In this document: one piece after another, positions 8,106 to 17,096 of the stretch
How positions within the stretch are numbered: position 1 is the first letter of the stretch
Layout of the letters: each line of letters opens with the position of its first letter
IMG/VR virus record: IMGVR_UViG_3300029858_000017
Reading direction: 5' to 3' (one strand)
DNA: 50,839 nt
DNA from: a virus
The notes under the pieces: generated by a model
Told to the model about the DNA's origin: nothing
Databases searched by the model: none
Seen by the model: only the letters and a program-made list of their open reading frames with translations
Program-made: the position numbers and the translations under genes

Positions 8106-10592
8106 TTATGCGTATGCGTGTTTGATTGCCATGGTGTCATACTCGTCCTCGCGGGCCTCCCGGTAGAGGCGCTTGAAGACTTCTTCTATTTGCTGCGTGA
8201 GACGGTCTGCGGTCTCGCCGTCCATGTTGCCCTGCACGGTTATCTGGACGCTCGGCGCGAAACTGCCGCCTCCGCTGACGCTCTGGGCTGCGCCGTTGAT
8301 GAGGCGCTCGCTCTTGTCGGCCGGGATGATGGCGCTGCCTTTCGGGAGGAATGCGACTTCGCCGCCCTCCTCGTTGATGCGCGTCCAGCCGCCCTCGAAG
8401 TTGTCCGTGCCGGATGCGTTGCCCGGAATGCTCGTGCCGGTCACGCTGATGTTGGCCCCGCTGACGCTCTGGGCTGCGCTGGCGATGCGCTGGAACGCAG
8501 AGACGATAGATGTGGCTCCCTCGTCGGCCGCCTTTGTCATGCGGCTCCATGCGGTCTCTGCGTCTATCGCCATTGTCGAGTAGGTGCTGCTGGCCTCTAT
8601 ACCCATTGTCTTGAGGTTGAGGTCGGTGATGTCCTTCGTCTCGATGATGCTTTCCTGCGCCGTCGCGTTGGCCTCTGTGGCTGCGTCGGTGATGCCTGCG
8701 GTGTACTGCGACGTATCGACCGCGAGGCTTGTCTCTTGGCTCGTGCTGTCTGCAAGGCCGTTGACCGCTCCGTTGAGCTCGGTTATCTCGTCCTTGCTGT
8801 CTTTCGCTCCTCCGAAAAGGCCGGAGAAGAAATTTACAACGGCTCCGACGCCATCTGCGAGCCAGCCGATGACCGTTCCGAGGGTGTCGCCGATGACCTT
8901 TAGCACGCTTCCTATCACGTCAAGGACGGGGGAAATGGCCTCGAGAATCGGCGCTATGAGGCCGAGGAGCTCCGCAATGGGCGGCAGAATGGCCTCCGCG
9001 ATGCTCTGGATGACAGGCATAAGCGGCTCGATGAGAGAAATGATGACGTTCAGAATTTCCGTTATGGGCGGCATGAGCGTCTCGACAAGTAGCTGCAATA
9101 TCGACGCGAGCGGAGGCAAAACAACCTGTGCGAGGCTGCCGAACGTGTCTATGAGCGGTAGCGCGGCTTGGAAAACCGTGCCGAGTACGTCGGTTAGGAC
9201 GGGGAGAAGGACGGAGCCGAGTTCGAGGATTACGGGAAGCGCCTGCGAAAGGCCCTCTGAAAGCATTTCGACGAGACCCGTGAGCATCGGCTCAATGGTC
9301 GGCCAACTGTCGATGATGACGCCGTAGAAGTCCGAAAGAACGGGCGCGAATTTGTTTCCAGCATCCTCCATGAAGTTCGCCCAAATGCCTTTGAGGCTCT
9401 TGGTGCTGTTGGTGAGGCCGTCTGTGTCATTGATGGCCGCCTGCTGCACCTTCGAGGTCTGTTCTATCATGGATGCGAGGCGTACCTGCGCGAGCGTGGC
9501 CTCGTCCATCTCGTCGATGTTCTCGCCGAGACCCATGGCCTGCGCCTGCGCCTTGATGGTCGCGTCGTCGAGCTTGATGCCATACTCCGTGAGGGCCGAG
9601 GAGTTGCCCTTGATGCCCTCTTGTATGACGGCCAGCGCGTCTGCGTCCTCCATCTTGAAAGCGTTGCCGAAGTCGTAGGCCAGCGAGGTCGTTATCTTCG
9701 AGAGGTCTGTGGCCGCGTCCTTCGTGAGCCCGAGGTCGGTATACATCGCTTGGTTTTCAACAAGGAAGCCTTTGACCTCCGTTGTGCTGCGGTGTACCGC
9801 GTCGGCGTAGTTGTCGGCCCATGCTGCTGCGTTGGTGCCCTCGAAAAGGGTGTCGAACTTGGCTGCCGTGTTTTCTCCGGCCTTGGCTGCGTCGAGCGCT
9901 GCGGTGGCAAACTCCTTTATGGCCGATGCCGCCGCCTTGATGGCCTCTATGCCGAGAAAGGCTTTGAGAGCCCCAGAAATAGCCTCCTTGACTTTGTTCC
10001 CGGCCTCGCTGCCGGTGTTGCCCGTGTCGTCGAGAGCCTTCTCCGCGTCACCTGCGCCGTCCTCGAGGGCGTCCGTGCTGTCGGCTGCGTGGATGATGGC
10101 CTTGGAGAGCTTGTCTTTTATGGTCTGTATCGGGTGCTTAAAGGCGTTCCCTATGGCCTTGGCTCCCTTGGAAACATCGTTCTTGAAGCCGGTGAACTTC
10201 TTTTGTGTGAAGCTGATGGCCCCGGAGACGCCTGTCTGGAAGCTCTTGGCGAGCGATTGGCCGTCCTTGATGCCTGCGGCCATTGTCTTCTTAAAGGCCG
10301 CGCCGAAGCTGTCGGCCTGTGCTCCCATCTTTCGGAACTTGTCGCCGATGTCGTCTCCGGCCTCCTCAAACCGCTCGCCCATGTTCTGCGCTGCCGAGCC
10401 GACGTCACGGGCTGCGGAGGTTCCCGCTGCGCCCATGCTGCTCATCGCTTGGCTGCAATTCTGTGCGCCGATTTGCGCACGGTCGGTTGCGTCGTCGATG
10501 CGGCCGAGGCCTTGCTCGAGTTGTTCGACGTCGTTAACGGCATCTTCGGAATTGAAACTGATTCCGTATGTGAGCTCTCTCGCGTCTGCCAA
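8106..10592 (-). CDS. Tail tape measure protein
   Basis: 828 aa, Ala/Gly-rich and helical, with a hydrophobic central segment. It lies downstream of the chaperone pair. TTG start with AAGGAGGTG 7 nt upstream. Confidence 0.85.
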   Translation of the reverse strand: MADARELTYGISFNSEDAVNDVEQLEQGLGRIDDATDRAQIGAQNCSQAMSSMGAAGTSAARDVGSAAQNMGERFEEAGDDIGDKFRKMGAQADSFGAAFKKTMAAGIKDGQSLAKSFQTGVSGAISFTQKKFTGFKNDVSKGAKAIGNAFKHPIQTIKDKLSKAIIHAADSTDALEDGAGDAEKALDDTGNTGSEAGNKVKEAISGALKAFLGIEAIKAAASAIKEFATAALDAAKAGENTAAKFDTLFEGTNAAAWADNYADAVHRSTTEVKGFLVENQAMYTDLGLTKDAATDLSKITTSLAYDFGNAFKMEDADALAVIQEGIKGNSSALTEYGIKLDDATIKAQAQAMGLGENIDEMDEATLAQVRLASMIEQTSKVQQAAINDTDGLTNSTKSLKGIWANFMEDAGNKFAPVLSDFYGVIIDSWPTIEPMLTGLVEMLSEGLSQALPVILELGSVLLPVLTDVLGTVFQAALPLIDTFGSLAQVVLPPLASILQLLVETLMPPITEILNVIISLIEPLMPVIQSIAEAILPPIAELLGLIAPILEAISPVLDVIGSVLKVIGDTLGTVIGWLADGVGAVVNFFSGLFGGAKDSKDEITELNGAVNGLADSTSQETSLAVDTSQYTAGITDAATEANATAQESIIETKDITDLNLKTMGIEASSTYSTMAIDAETAWSRMTKAADEGATSIVSAFQRIASAAQSVSGANISVTGTSIPGNASGTDNFEGGWTRINEEGGEVAFLPKGSAIIPADKSERLINGAAQSVSGGGSFAPSVQITVQGNMDGETADRLTQQIEEVFKRLYREAREDEYDTMAIKHAYA

Positions 10593-10613
10593 AATACCAC
10601 CTCCTTATACGAC

Positions 10614-10645
10614 GAAATAGCCGCCCCGGGTAGGGCGGCTATTTC
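10614..10645 (-). other. Perfect 13-bp stem / 6-nt loop hairpin spanning the stop codon of the chaperone extension, just upstream of the tape-measure RBS
   Basis: gaaatagccgccc cgggta gggcggctatttc read directly; no clean U-tract on the minus strand. Confidence 0.6.
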
Positions 10646-10926
10646 TTATTTGGGTTCCATTCGTCTTGCCACATGAGGCGGGCCTCGACGGCCTCGCGGT
10701 ATTCCGCGAAGTCCATGTTTTTGAGCTCTGCGTAGGTAAGGCCGTTTCCGGCGAATACCATACACCAGAACTCTCTATGCCGCCGGGCCCGGCGCTGCGC
10801 TGTGGCGATGCTTGCTTCACTCTCTAAGAAAGGTCTCGATGGCCTTGATGAGCGCCTCCGGGCCCTTGAGGTCTTCCTGCTCGTCAAAGTATGCCATGCC
10901 CTGATTCCGAACCTCTGCGGGGGCAA
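10639..10926 (-). CDS. +1-frame ORF overlapping the tail assembly chaperone 3' end (candidate frameshift extension, gpT-like)
   Basis: The distal 59 aa (ESEASIATAQ...NGLTYAELKNMDFAEYREAVEARLMWQDEWNPNKK) look protein-like. The proximal part is an R/S-rich overlap. Position between tube and tape measure. Confidence 0.5.
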   Translation of the reverse strand: MPPQRFGIRAWHTLTSRKTSRARRRSSRPSRPFLESEASIATAQRRARRHREFWCMVFAGNGLTYAELKNMDFAEYREAVEARLMWQDEWNPNKK

Positions 10927-11149
10927 TCACGCAGTTTTTGAACATCCTGTCCATGTACTCTGCGGATTTCTTCTTGCCGCTGCCGGTATTGCCGCACTCG
11001 TCATTGGTATCGTAGTACCACGTGGGGGAAACGCTTTGCAGCGTGTATTCCGTGCCGTTCACGGTGACTTTCTTCTGCTTCGCCATATGTTTTCTATATC
11101 CCCTTTCGGATAGTGATTTGGGCCTCTTGGGCCAGTTGTTTACGGGCAT
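10817..11149 (-). CDS. Tail assembly chaperone (gpG-like); alternative start ATG 11086
   Basis: 110-aa ORF between tube and tape measure; ...KKVTVNGTEYTLQSVSPTWYYD... Confidence 0.65.
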   Translation of the reverse strand: MPVNNWPKRPKSLSERGYRKHMAKQKKVTVNGTEYTLQSVSPTWYYDTNDECGNTGSGKKKSAEYMDRMFKNCVIAPAEVRNQGMAYFDEQEDLKGPEALIKAIETFLRE

Positions 11150-11162
11150 CTATATCCCCGCC

Positions 11163-11570
11163 TTAACGGTAGTTGAGGTCGGGGATGTAGACGTTCACGG
11201 TTACGGTGCTCGGGTCTTTGGTGCGAGGGGTGTCGGGCATCTTGAGGATGCGGCAATTCTCCTCATTGACCTGCATCGCGTCCGCGTCGTTGACGTCGGA
11301 AAGGGAGAAGCGGACGGCTTTTTTCTTGGCGCACAGCTCGCGGATGTAGGCGAGGCTGGCCGAGGTGCTCATCAGAGGGATGGCTGCGGTGCCGCTGTTG
11401 TTCGCGTTCTCCGAGTAGGTGACGTCGCCCTTCGCTCCGACGTTGGGCGTGACGGCGTCCTCGTTGTGGGTGAGGGTAATCACGCCGTCAGAGGCAAAGC
11501 CGGTGATGACACGGCCGCCGAGGCTGACGGTCACTTTCATGGGGTCGTAGGTGGTGACTTCTTTGGACAT
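11163..11570 (-). CDS. Tail tube protein (DUF3277-like)
   Basis: 135 aa directly after the sheath gene; MSKEVTTYDPMKVTVSLGGRVITGFASDGVITL... style. Confidence 0.7.
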   Translation of the reverse strand: MSKEVTTYDPMKVTVSLGGRVITGFASDGVITLTHNEDAVTPNVGAKGDVTYSENANNSGTAAIPLMSTSASLAYIRELCAKKKAVRFSLSDVNDADAMQVNEENCRILKMPDTPRTKDPSTVTVNVYIPDLNYR

Positions 11571-11592
11571 TGTCTGTTCCTCCTTTCATCGG

Positions 11593-12696
11593 TTACGCGC
11601 TGAGTGTGGCGCGGAGCGTGCCCTTGACCTTGACGCTGTGGACAGCCCCCTCGAGTTGCGCTTCCCACACGATGTCAGGCATCTTGCGGGCCCGGGCCTC
11701 GTCGTCGGTCGCATCGGCCCGCTTGGGGACGGTGACGGTAAAGACGCCTGCATCGCTCTCCGGGTCGGTGGCAATGATGCCGAGGTCGGTGGCGCGGTTG
11801 AGGGCCGCGAAGACGCCGGAGGCGATGAGGGCGAAGCCTGCATCCGTGTACGGAACCTTGGCGTTGTTGAGGAAGATGCTGTAAAGCTCCTCCCTCATGT
11901 ACTGCGCGATATAGTCCGCGCCCATCTGCACATCGATGAACTCGCCGTCGCAGCAGACGCCGTTCTTGACGTAGATTTTCTTGTACTCGTCCGTGAGGAA
12001 ATTGATGTTGGCCTCCTCGAGGGCGTCGCGCTGGGCGTTCGTGAAGTTCGGTAGAGAAATGCCCTGCGGCCGCTTGAACTTCCACGTTACGCTCTGTGGA
12101 TAGAAGGGGCCGACATTGCCGACGTAGGCCGCGTCCGCTTCCTCGTCCAGCTTTGCGCTGTCGGTGCAGATGAGGGCGCAGCGGCGGTTTGTGACGGCGA
12201 GGGATTTGTTGCTCGTCTGGCCGAAGTAGAATTTGCGGTGGTCTTCCTCTCCGGCTCCGAGCTCGGCCTCTGTGGGTTCCGTGCCCTCGGCCCATGCGCA
12301 AAGCGCCTTTACGGCGTCGTCGCCGTCTTGGTCGGTGAGCAGGATGTACCAGTCGTTGTCGGTCTCGCGGATGGTCTCTACGGCCTCCACAAGGGCCTTC
12401 GCCTTGGCTGCTGCATCGCTGCCGGTGGGCGCTGCGATGCCGCCTACCTTCACCTTGCGGATAAGGGTCTCGGCGAGGGTGGTTTTGCCCTGATTGAACA
12501 GGGCCGCAACCTTGCGGTAGGTCTTCTCTGTGTCGCCGCTGTTCGGGAAGTCTGCGGAGACTTCCTCGAGGCTGCGGTAGGTCTTGATGTCCTTCGCTCC
12601 TGCGGTGCTCAAGATTAGGATGTCGAGCGCCTCGGAGGCTTTGGGTTTCGCGTCGATATTAACGACTACGATAACGTCTTTCGCCATTGTGTTCAC
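11593..12696 (-). CDS. Tail sheath protein (DUF3383-like)
   Basis: 367 aa, upstream of tube; ...DNDWYILLTDQDGDD...GPFYPQSVTWKFKRPQGI... pattern. Confidence 0.7.
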   Translation of the reverse strand: MNTMAKDVIVVVNIDAKPKASEALDILILSTAGAKDIKTYRSLEEVSADFPNSGDTEKTYRKVAALFNQGKTTLAETLIRKVKVGGIAAPTGSDAAAKAKALVEAVETIRETDNDWYILLTDQDGDDAVKALCAWAEGTEPTEAELGAGEEDHRKFYFGQTSNKSLAVTNRRCALICTDSAKLDEEADAAYVGNVGPFYPQSVTWKFKRPQGISLPNFTNAQRDALEEANINFLTDEYKKIYVKNGVCCDGEFIDVQMGADYIAQYMREELYSIFLNNAKVPYTDAGFALIASGVFAALNRATDLGIIATDPESDAGVFTVTVPKRADATDDEARARKMPDIVWEAQLEGAVHSVKVKGTLRATLSA

Positions 12697-13241
12697 TCCT
12701 TTTTCGTTTCTTTGAGGACGGCTGTCTCGATGACAGAATCGAGGCGCTCGTCTGCCTTGGTGTAGCGGATTCTCACGTCGAAGCCGTAGCGGCGAGCCGC
12801 TTCATCGACGATGAGCGTGGTTCGGTTGCCGACGTTGGTGACCTCCGCGATGACGATGCCCTTGTCCGCGAGGTCGTGGTACGCTCCGTGCAGGAGGTGG
12901 CCGACGGCCTTTTCGACAATGCTCTGGGCCTCGTCTTCTCCGAAGATGTACGCGGTGTGTGCCTCGTCGGCCCATCTGTTTTCAGAACAGGCCGTGAATG
13001 AGAAGGTGGCCGACGGCTGCTCCCGCCTTTGGTCTTCAATGTAGATTTTGCCGTCCTTCCCGGTGGTCTGCTTCTGGTAGTGGCTCCCGAACTCCCCTGT
13101 TGGCGCGTATGGCGTCGTGATGCTGTAAATTAGGAATGGCACGTCGCGCTCCGGCGAGGCTTGGTCGCTCAAAATAACGTCGATGCCGAGGGCCCCGTGG
13201 AGGCTGTTTACAAGTTCGTTCCGTATTTCGGTGAAGGTCAT
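12693..13241 (-). CDS. Putative tail terminator / neck protein
   Basis: 182 aa; ...DVILSDQASPERDVPFLIYSITTPY... resembles phage neck/tail terminator families; synteny. Confidence 0.5.
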   Translation of the reverse strand: MTFTEIRNELVNSLHGALGIDVILSDQASPERDVPFLIYSITTPYAPTGEFGSHYQKQTTGKDGKIYIEDQRREQPSATFSFTACSENRWADEAHTAYIFGEDEAQSIVEKAVGHLLHGAYHDLADKGIVIAEVTNVGNRTTLIVDEAARRYGFDVRIRYTKADERLDSVIETAVLKETKKE

Positions 13242-13606
13242 TTCGATGCGCTCACTCCTTTCTGCTCGACGACGTAACGCTTCATTGGGTGGATGGGGCC
13301 GTGTGTGAGCTCCTGCTTCACAGTGTAGGTATTGCCGTCGTAGGTGTCGCGTATCTGCTGGCCGACGGTAAGGCTCGGGCCGTTGGTGTAGAGCTTGTGG
13401 CTGTTCTGTGTGTAAGTGCCTGCTGGCGCGTATTGTAGGTCTTCGTTGTTGACTGGCATGATGACGCCTTTGAAGGTCGTTTCATCCGGTTTCGCGCCGG
13501 GAATGAATTGACCTCCGTTGGCCTGCGAGAAGGTCTCGCTCGGGGTTATCGCCACGATGTCATGCAGGAGGCCCAGAGGAATGCTTGGTCTTGCGAACTG
13601 GAACAT
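13238..13606 (-). CDS. Putative head-tail adaptor/neck protein
   Basis: 122-aa ORF in the neck module, overlapping neighbours by 4 nt. Confidence 0.45.
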   Translation of the reverse strand: MFQFARPSIPLGLLHDIVAITPSETFSQANGGQFIPGAKPDETTFKGVIMPVNNEDLQYAPAGTYTQNSHKLYTNGPSLTVGQQIRDTYDGNTYTVKQELTHGPIHPMKRYVVEQKGVSASK

Positions 13607-13609
13607 TGG

Positions 13610-14230
13610 TTATCCCTCCTCGATTTCGTAGCTGATAGAATGGAGCAGGCGGCCGCTGTCGTAAAGCGGAGTAGGCGTCTTCGCCGTGTTCATGGTGATG
13701 TCGCTCTTTGGCGGGTCAATTCCGTCAAGGATGTACTGCTGCGTCATTGCCACGGCCCGCGCCCCGATTATCTCCGCCGCCTCTTTCGCCGTGCCGCCCT
13801 CGAGCATGATGTGGTCAACCGCTGCCCGGCAGGCGGCCTCGAGCTCGCTCTGGCCGGTGTCGTAGCTGGCCCGGATGAAACTGCGCTCCGGGATTGTAAC
13901 GGAGGGGCAGAGGAGGAACAAGAAATTGAGCTTTTCTTTCCCAGCGCTCGTGACGCCGAACAGGTTGCCGGTGTCCTTCGCCCTGATGAAGAACAGGCCG
14001 GGGAAGTCTCGCGGGCTCTTGCCCTCGCTCTTTTTGTCGAGCGGTATTGCAAGGTTCTTGACGTTCTTCGCCCGGATGGTCGCCCCGTACTCGTGGACGC
14101 CTGCGATGGTGAGAATGTCGCTGCCTGCGGTGCCTTGGATTCCTACGTGAATTGTGAGCTTCCCGAGTGCGGAAAGTTCTGTTTTGATGCGCTGCAACTC
14201 TGGGCGCACGGTGTCTTTGATTATCGCCAT
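13610..14230 (-). CDS. Putative tail completion / virion morphogenesis protein (HK97 gp10-like)
   Basis: 206 aa, neck module position. Confidence 0.45.
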   Translation of the reverse strand: MAIIKDTVRPELQRIKTELSALGKLTIHVGIQGTAGSDILTIAGVHEYGATIRAKNVKNLAIPLDKKSEGKSPRDFPGLFFIRAKDTGNLFGVTSAGKEKLNFLFLLCPSVTIPERSFIRASYDTGQSELEAACRAAVDHIMLEGGTAKEAAEIIGARAVAMTQQYILDGIDPPKSDITMNTAKTPTPLYDSGRLLHSISYEIEEG

Positions 14231-14241
14231 GGCCTGCCTCC

Positions 14242-14907
14242 TTATAACCGTGTGTATAGACCGATTGTAGCGAGCCAGCTCTGGCGCGGCTCTTTGTCAA
14301 ACGTCCACGACACGTCGGAAATGCTGAAAGCGGATAGGCCCTGCGCCCCGTTCTGCATGGTGGCAAACTCCTGCTGCACGATGCCCCAAACGACGTTTTG
14401 CAGGTCGTATGGGAGTGTGCAGGGGTCGTCCTCGGTGGCGTCCTTCGGAAGGACGTACCCGGCCGTGTATTTCACCTCGAGGTAGCGGGTTGGGTAGAGG
14501 AAATCGTAGGCGAGGCCGCCGGCGTAACCTCTGAATGCCCATCCGTTGTCTTTGTAGAGGACACCGATTTCGCCGTCCACGCTGTAGTCGTATTCGGACG
14601 GCGAAATGGTGCTCCCGTCAGCCGTGTCTTTGACGTACTCGACGTTTGTGATAGGCCATTGGAGCAAGACAAGCTCCTGCGTACCAGAGGCGACGTATTT
14701 TTGCGTGTAGACCTGCCTGCCGAGCTTGCGCCCGGTCTGGCGCTCTACCCATGCGGACGCTGCGTTGATGAGATTGACGAGTACGGTGTCTCTCTGCGCG
14801 TTTTCGTCCGTAGGGTCAATGCCGAGCATGGCCTTGACGGTTTCAAGGGTTGTGAGGGCGTTCGGCGCGAGTGCCGGTACTGTCGAATTGCCCATGCGCG
14901 TCGTCAC
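14242..14907 (-). CDS. Head-tail connector protein (gp6-like N-terminal domain)
   Basis: ...LTTLETVKAMLGIDPTDENAQRDTVLVNLINAASAWVERQTGRKL... is typical of gp6-like connectors. Confidence 0.65.
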   Translation of the reverse strand: MTTRMGNSTVPALAPNALTTLETVKAMLGIDPTDENAQRDTVLVNLINAASAWVERQTGRKLGRQVYTQKYVASGTQELVLLQWPITNVEYVKDTADGSTISPSEYDYSVDGEIGVLYKDNGWAFRGYAGGLAYDFLYPTRYLEVKYTAGYVLPKDATEDDPCTLPYDLQNVVWGIVQQEFATMQNGAQGLSAFSISDVSWTFDKEPRQSWLATIGLYTRL

Positions 14908-14933
14908 CTCCTTTTCATGGGAAATGAGGGCGG

Positions 14934-15086
14934 CTACTCGCCGCCCTCGCCCTTGCCTTTGCTCTTATTCTTGGTCGCTTTGCTCTCGCTGCCGGTTTCC
15001 TGCTTCGTTTCCTCCACAGGCCGCGCCATTTTATTCTCGGACGGCGCAGGGCTGCGATGCTCTGTGGCCTTGTAGATTCTCGGCAT
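14934..15086 (-). CDS. Hypothetical small Lys-rich protein (50 aa)
   Basis: Internal ATG 15086 of tracked ORF 14934..15179, preceded by GGAGGG and immediately after the upstream stop. Confidence 0.4.
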   Translation of the reverse strand: MPRIYKATEHRSPAPSENKMARPVEETKQETGSESKATKNKSKGKGEGGE

Positions 15087-15100
15087 GGTCGTTCCCTCCG

Positions 15101-15514
15101 TTACACGGGGTTCTCGTTCTTGTCGCCGAGGGCGATGGCTGCGGTCGCCGTGCAGGCCGCGCTGCTGCCGCCGGTGCAAACGACGCTGATGGTCGCCTTG
15201 ACGTAGCGCTTGCAGCCGACAAAATCGCAGTCGATGTTGACGAGCTCACCGCCCGCCTTATCGGTCTCGATGCTGACTGCTCCATCGTCGTCGAGGGCCT
15301 TGTCGAGGACGATGAGCTTGTCACCGCAGGCGGTGAAGGTGCCGTCAGAGGCGTCGCTGTGCGTGAAAACGGCCTTTACGGCCAGCGCGGTCGGGCTGCC
15401 GGTGGGGGTGCCGACCTTGACGCCGATGACGCCGGAAAGAAAGCCCTCGCGGTCAATGGCGTCGCCGCTGGTGTAGGGTGCTACCTTAACGGTCTTGAGA
15501 AGTGCTCTTTTCAT
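15101..15514 (-). CDS. Hypothetical head-associated protein (possible decoration protein)
   Basis: 137 aa directly downstream of the major capsid gene. Confidence 0.45.
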   Translation of the reverse strand: MKRALLKTVKVAPYTSGDAIDREGFLSGVIGVKVGTPTGSPTALAVKAVFTHSDASDGTFTACGDKLIVLDKALDDDGAVSIETDKAGGELVNIDCDFVGCKRYVKATISVVCTGGSSAACTATAAIALGDKNENPV

Positions 15515-15550
15515 TGGGTGTTCCTCCTTTTGGTTTCGTCGCCCATCGCC

Positions 15551-17080
15551 TTAAACGATGAGCGCATTCTTGACAACGATGAAGCTCTCCGCATGGCGGG
15601 CCGCGATGTCAACGTACATCAGGGCGCGGGTCGCGGCGAGGTTCTCCTCGAATGCGTTGTGCTGGTTGCCTTCCTCGTCCGTCCAAGAGCCGTCGAGGGT
15701 AGTGTAGGTCTCGAGGCCAAGCTGTTCGCCCACGAGAAGATCCGCCCAGTTGCCGAAGATGATGCTCGTCTTCTTGTTCTCGGTCGCAATCTGGTTGCTG
15801 ACCTTGTAGGGGAATCCGAGAAGCTTGCCCGCGTTCATCTCCTCGCGGTAGATGTAGTCGCCGGTGGTCGTCTTGATGTTCTTGAGGTAGCCCTCCATCA
15901 TGGAGTTGAACGTCCAGCCGAGTGCGAGGTCGTCCACGTTCTTGCTCATGACGGTGGAAACGAGCCACACAGGGAAATCGGCGGTCAGCTTGCCCTCTGC
16001 GGAGGCGAGGTTGGTGTCGTTGAGGCTGGCCGCGTTGACGGTCTGCACATCCTTGTTCGCGGTGATGCCGAGAGGCTGGAACTCGCCGCCAGTGCCGAAC
16101 ATCGCGCCGAAGTCGAGGCCCAGCTCCATGCGGCGGGTCAGGTCATTGGCGAAAAGTGCGTCGGCGCTGTAGTTTGTGCTCATGAGCAGTTCGCGGGTCT
16201 GTGGCACGATGGCCTCGAGGCGCTTCGCGGACAGTTTGATGTTGCCGTAGGTGGGCTGGGTCTTGCCAATCTTGCGAGCCTCGCCGCCCCACGTTGCGCG
16301 AGCCCCGGAGGTCATCTTGGGGATGTTGAGGTTGCCGTTCGCCATAGGCACCTTGCGAGCGCCCAGCTCGAAGATGACGGTCTTGGCGTACAGCATTTCG
16401 ATGATTTCGTCGAGGTAAATCTCGGGGATGAGGAAGCCGCCAGCGGTGGGGTTAGTGACGGACATGGCCTTGAACTCGCGGGCCATATCCTCGTCGCCGT
16501 AGTGCTTCTTCGCGTAGAAGGCTGCGGCCTCGGGGTCGTGACGGCCGAACACGTCAAGGCACTTGACGGCGCGGGCGAGCTGCACCTCGGGGGGCAGTTT
16601 CTTCTTCTCGGTTTGCTGCCGGGCTGCGGCGCGGGCCATGTAGATGTCGGAATACTTGCGCTGCGCGGGGGCTGCGGCGCGGGTCTTGGTCTGGCGCTTC
16701 TTGGTGGCCTTGGCCGCCTTGGCCTCGGCCTCCTCGTCGTCCTCCTTCTCCTCGGTCTCCTCGTCATCGGCCTTGGTCTCGTCGTCGCCGGTTTCCATGG
16801 CGTCAAGGATGGCGGCCGCCTCGGCGAGTACCTCGTCTGCGGTCAGGTCTTCGCTGACTTCCTCGCCAGCTTCCTTGCGGGCCTTGCGCTTCTCGGTGGC
16901 TGCCTCAACGGCGGCCTCGATGACCTCCATGATGCCCTCGTTGAGGGTGGGGTCGTCCTGCTCGGTCAGGTCTTTCTCCTCGTCGCCGAGGCACTCCTTG
17001 ACGGCCTGCTTGACCATTTCCTTGAGGTCGTCTGCGCTCATCTTCATAGACTTCGCGCCGGGGATGCTCTTTTTGTTCAT
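15551..17080 (-). CDS. Major capsid protein, HK97 fold, with ~200-aa acidic N-terminal (delta/scaffold-like) region
   Basis: 509 aa. The C-terminal 300 aa (...GGFLIPEIYLDEIIEMLYAKTVI...TWGGEARKIGKTQPTYGNIKLSAKRLEAIVP...) are HK97-MCP-like. Confidence 0.9.
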   Translation of the reverse strand: MNKKSIPGAKSMKMSADDLKEMVKQAVKECLGDEEKDLTEQDDPTLNEGIMEVIEAAVEAATEKRKARKEAGEEVSEDLTADEVLAEAAAILDAMETGDDETKADDEETEEKEDDEEAEAKAAKATKKRQTKTRAAAPAQRKYSDIYMARAAARQQTEKKKLPPEVQLARAVKCLDVFGRHDPEAAAFYAKKHYGDEDMAREFKAMSVTNPTAGGFLIPEIYLDEIIEMLYAKTVIFELGARKVPMANGNLNIPKMTSGARATWGGEARKIGKTQPTYGNIKLSAKRLEAIVPQTRELLMSTNYSADALFANDLTRRMELGLDFGAMFGTGGEFQPLGITANKDVQTVNAASLNDTNLASAEGKLTADFPVWLVSTVMSKNVDDLALGWTFNSMMEGYLKNIKTTTGDYIYREEMNAGKLLGFPYKVSNQIATENKKTSIIFGNWADLLVGEQLGLETYTTLDGSWTDEEGNQHNAFEENLAATRALMYVDIAARHAESFIVVKNALIV

Positions 17081-17096
17081 GTTGTTGTCCTCCTTA

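Noticed and set aside
10829-10926. Independent translation of ORF 10639..10926 from its TTG start
   Set aside because: The first ~33 codons (PPQRFGIRAWHTLTSRKTSRARRRSSRPSRP) look like an out-of-frame read of the chaperone gene. No RBS was seen. A frameshift extension or a short independent C-terminal peptide is more plausible.
14934-15179. Full-length tracked ORF (81 aa, MHRRQQRG...)
   Set aside because: The upstream part overlaps the preceding gene in another frame and is Arg-rich. Only the distal 50 codons, from an RBS-preceded ATG, are retained, with low confidence.
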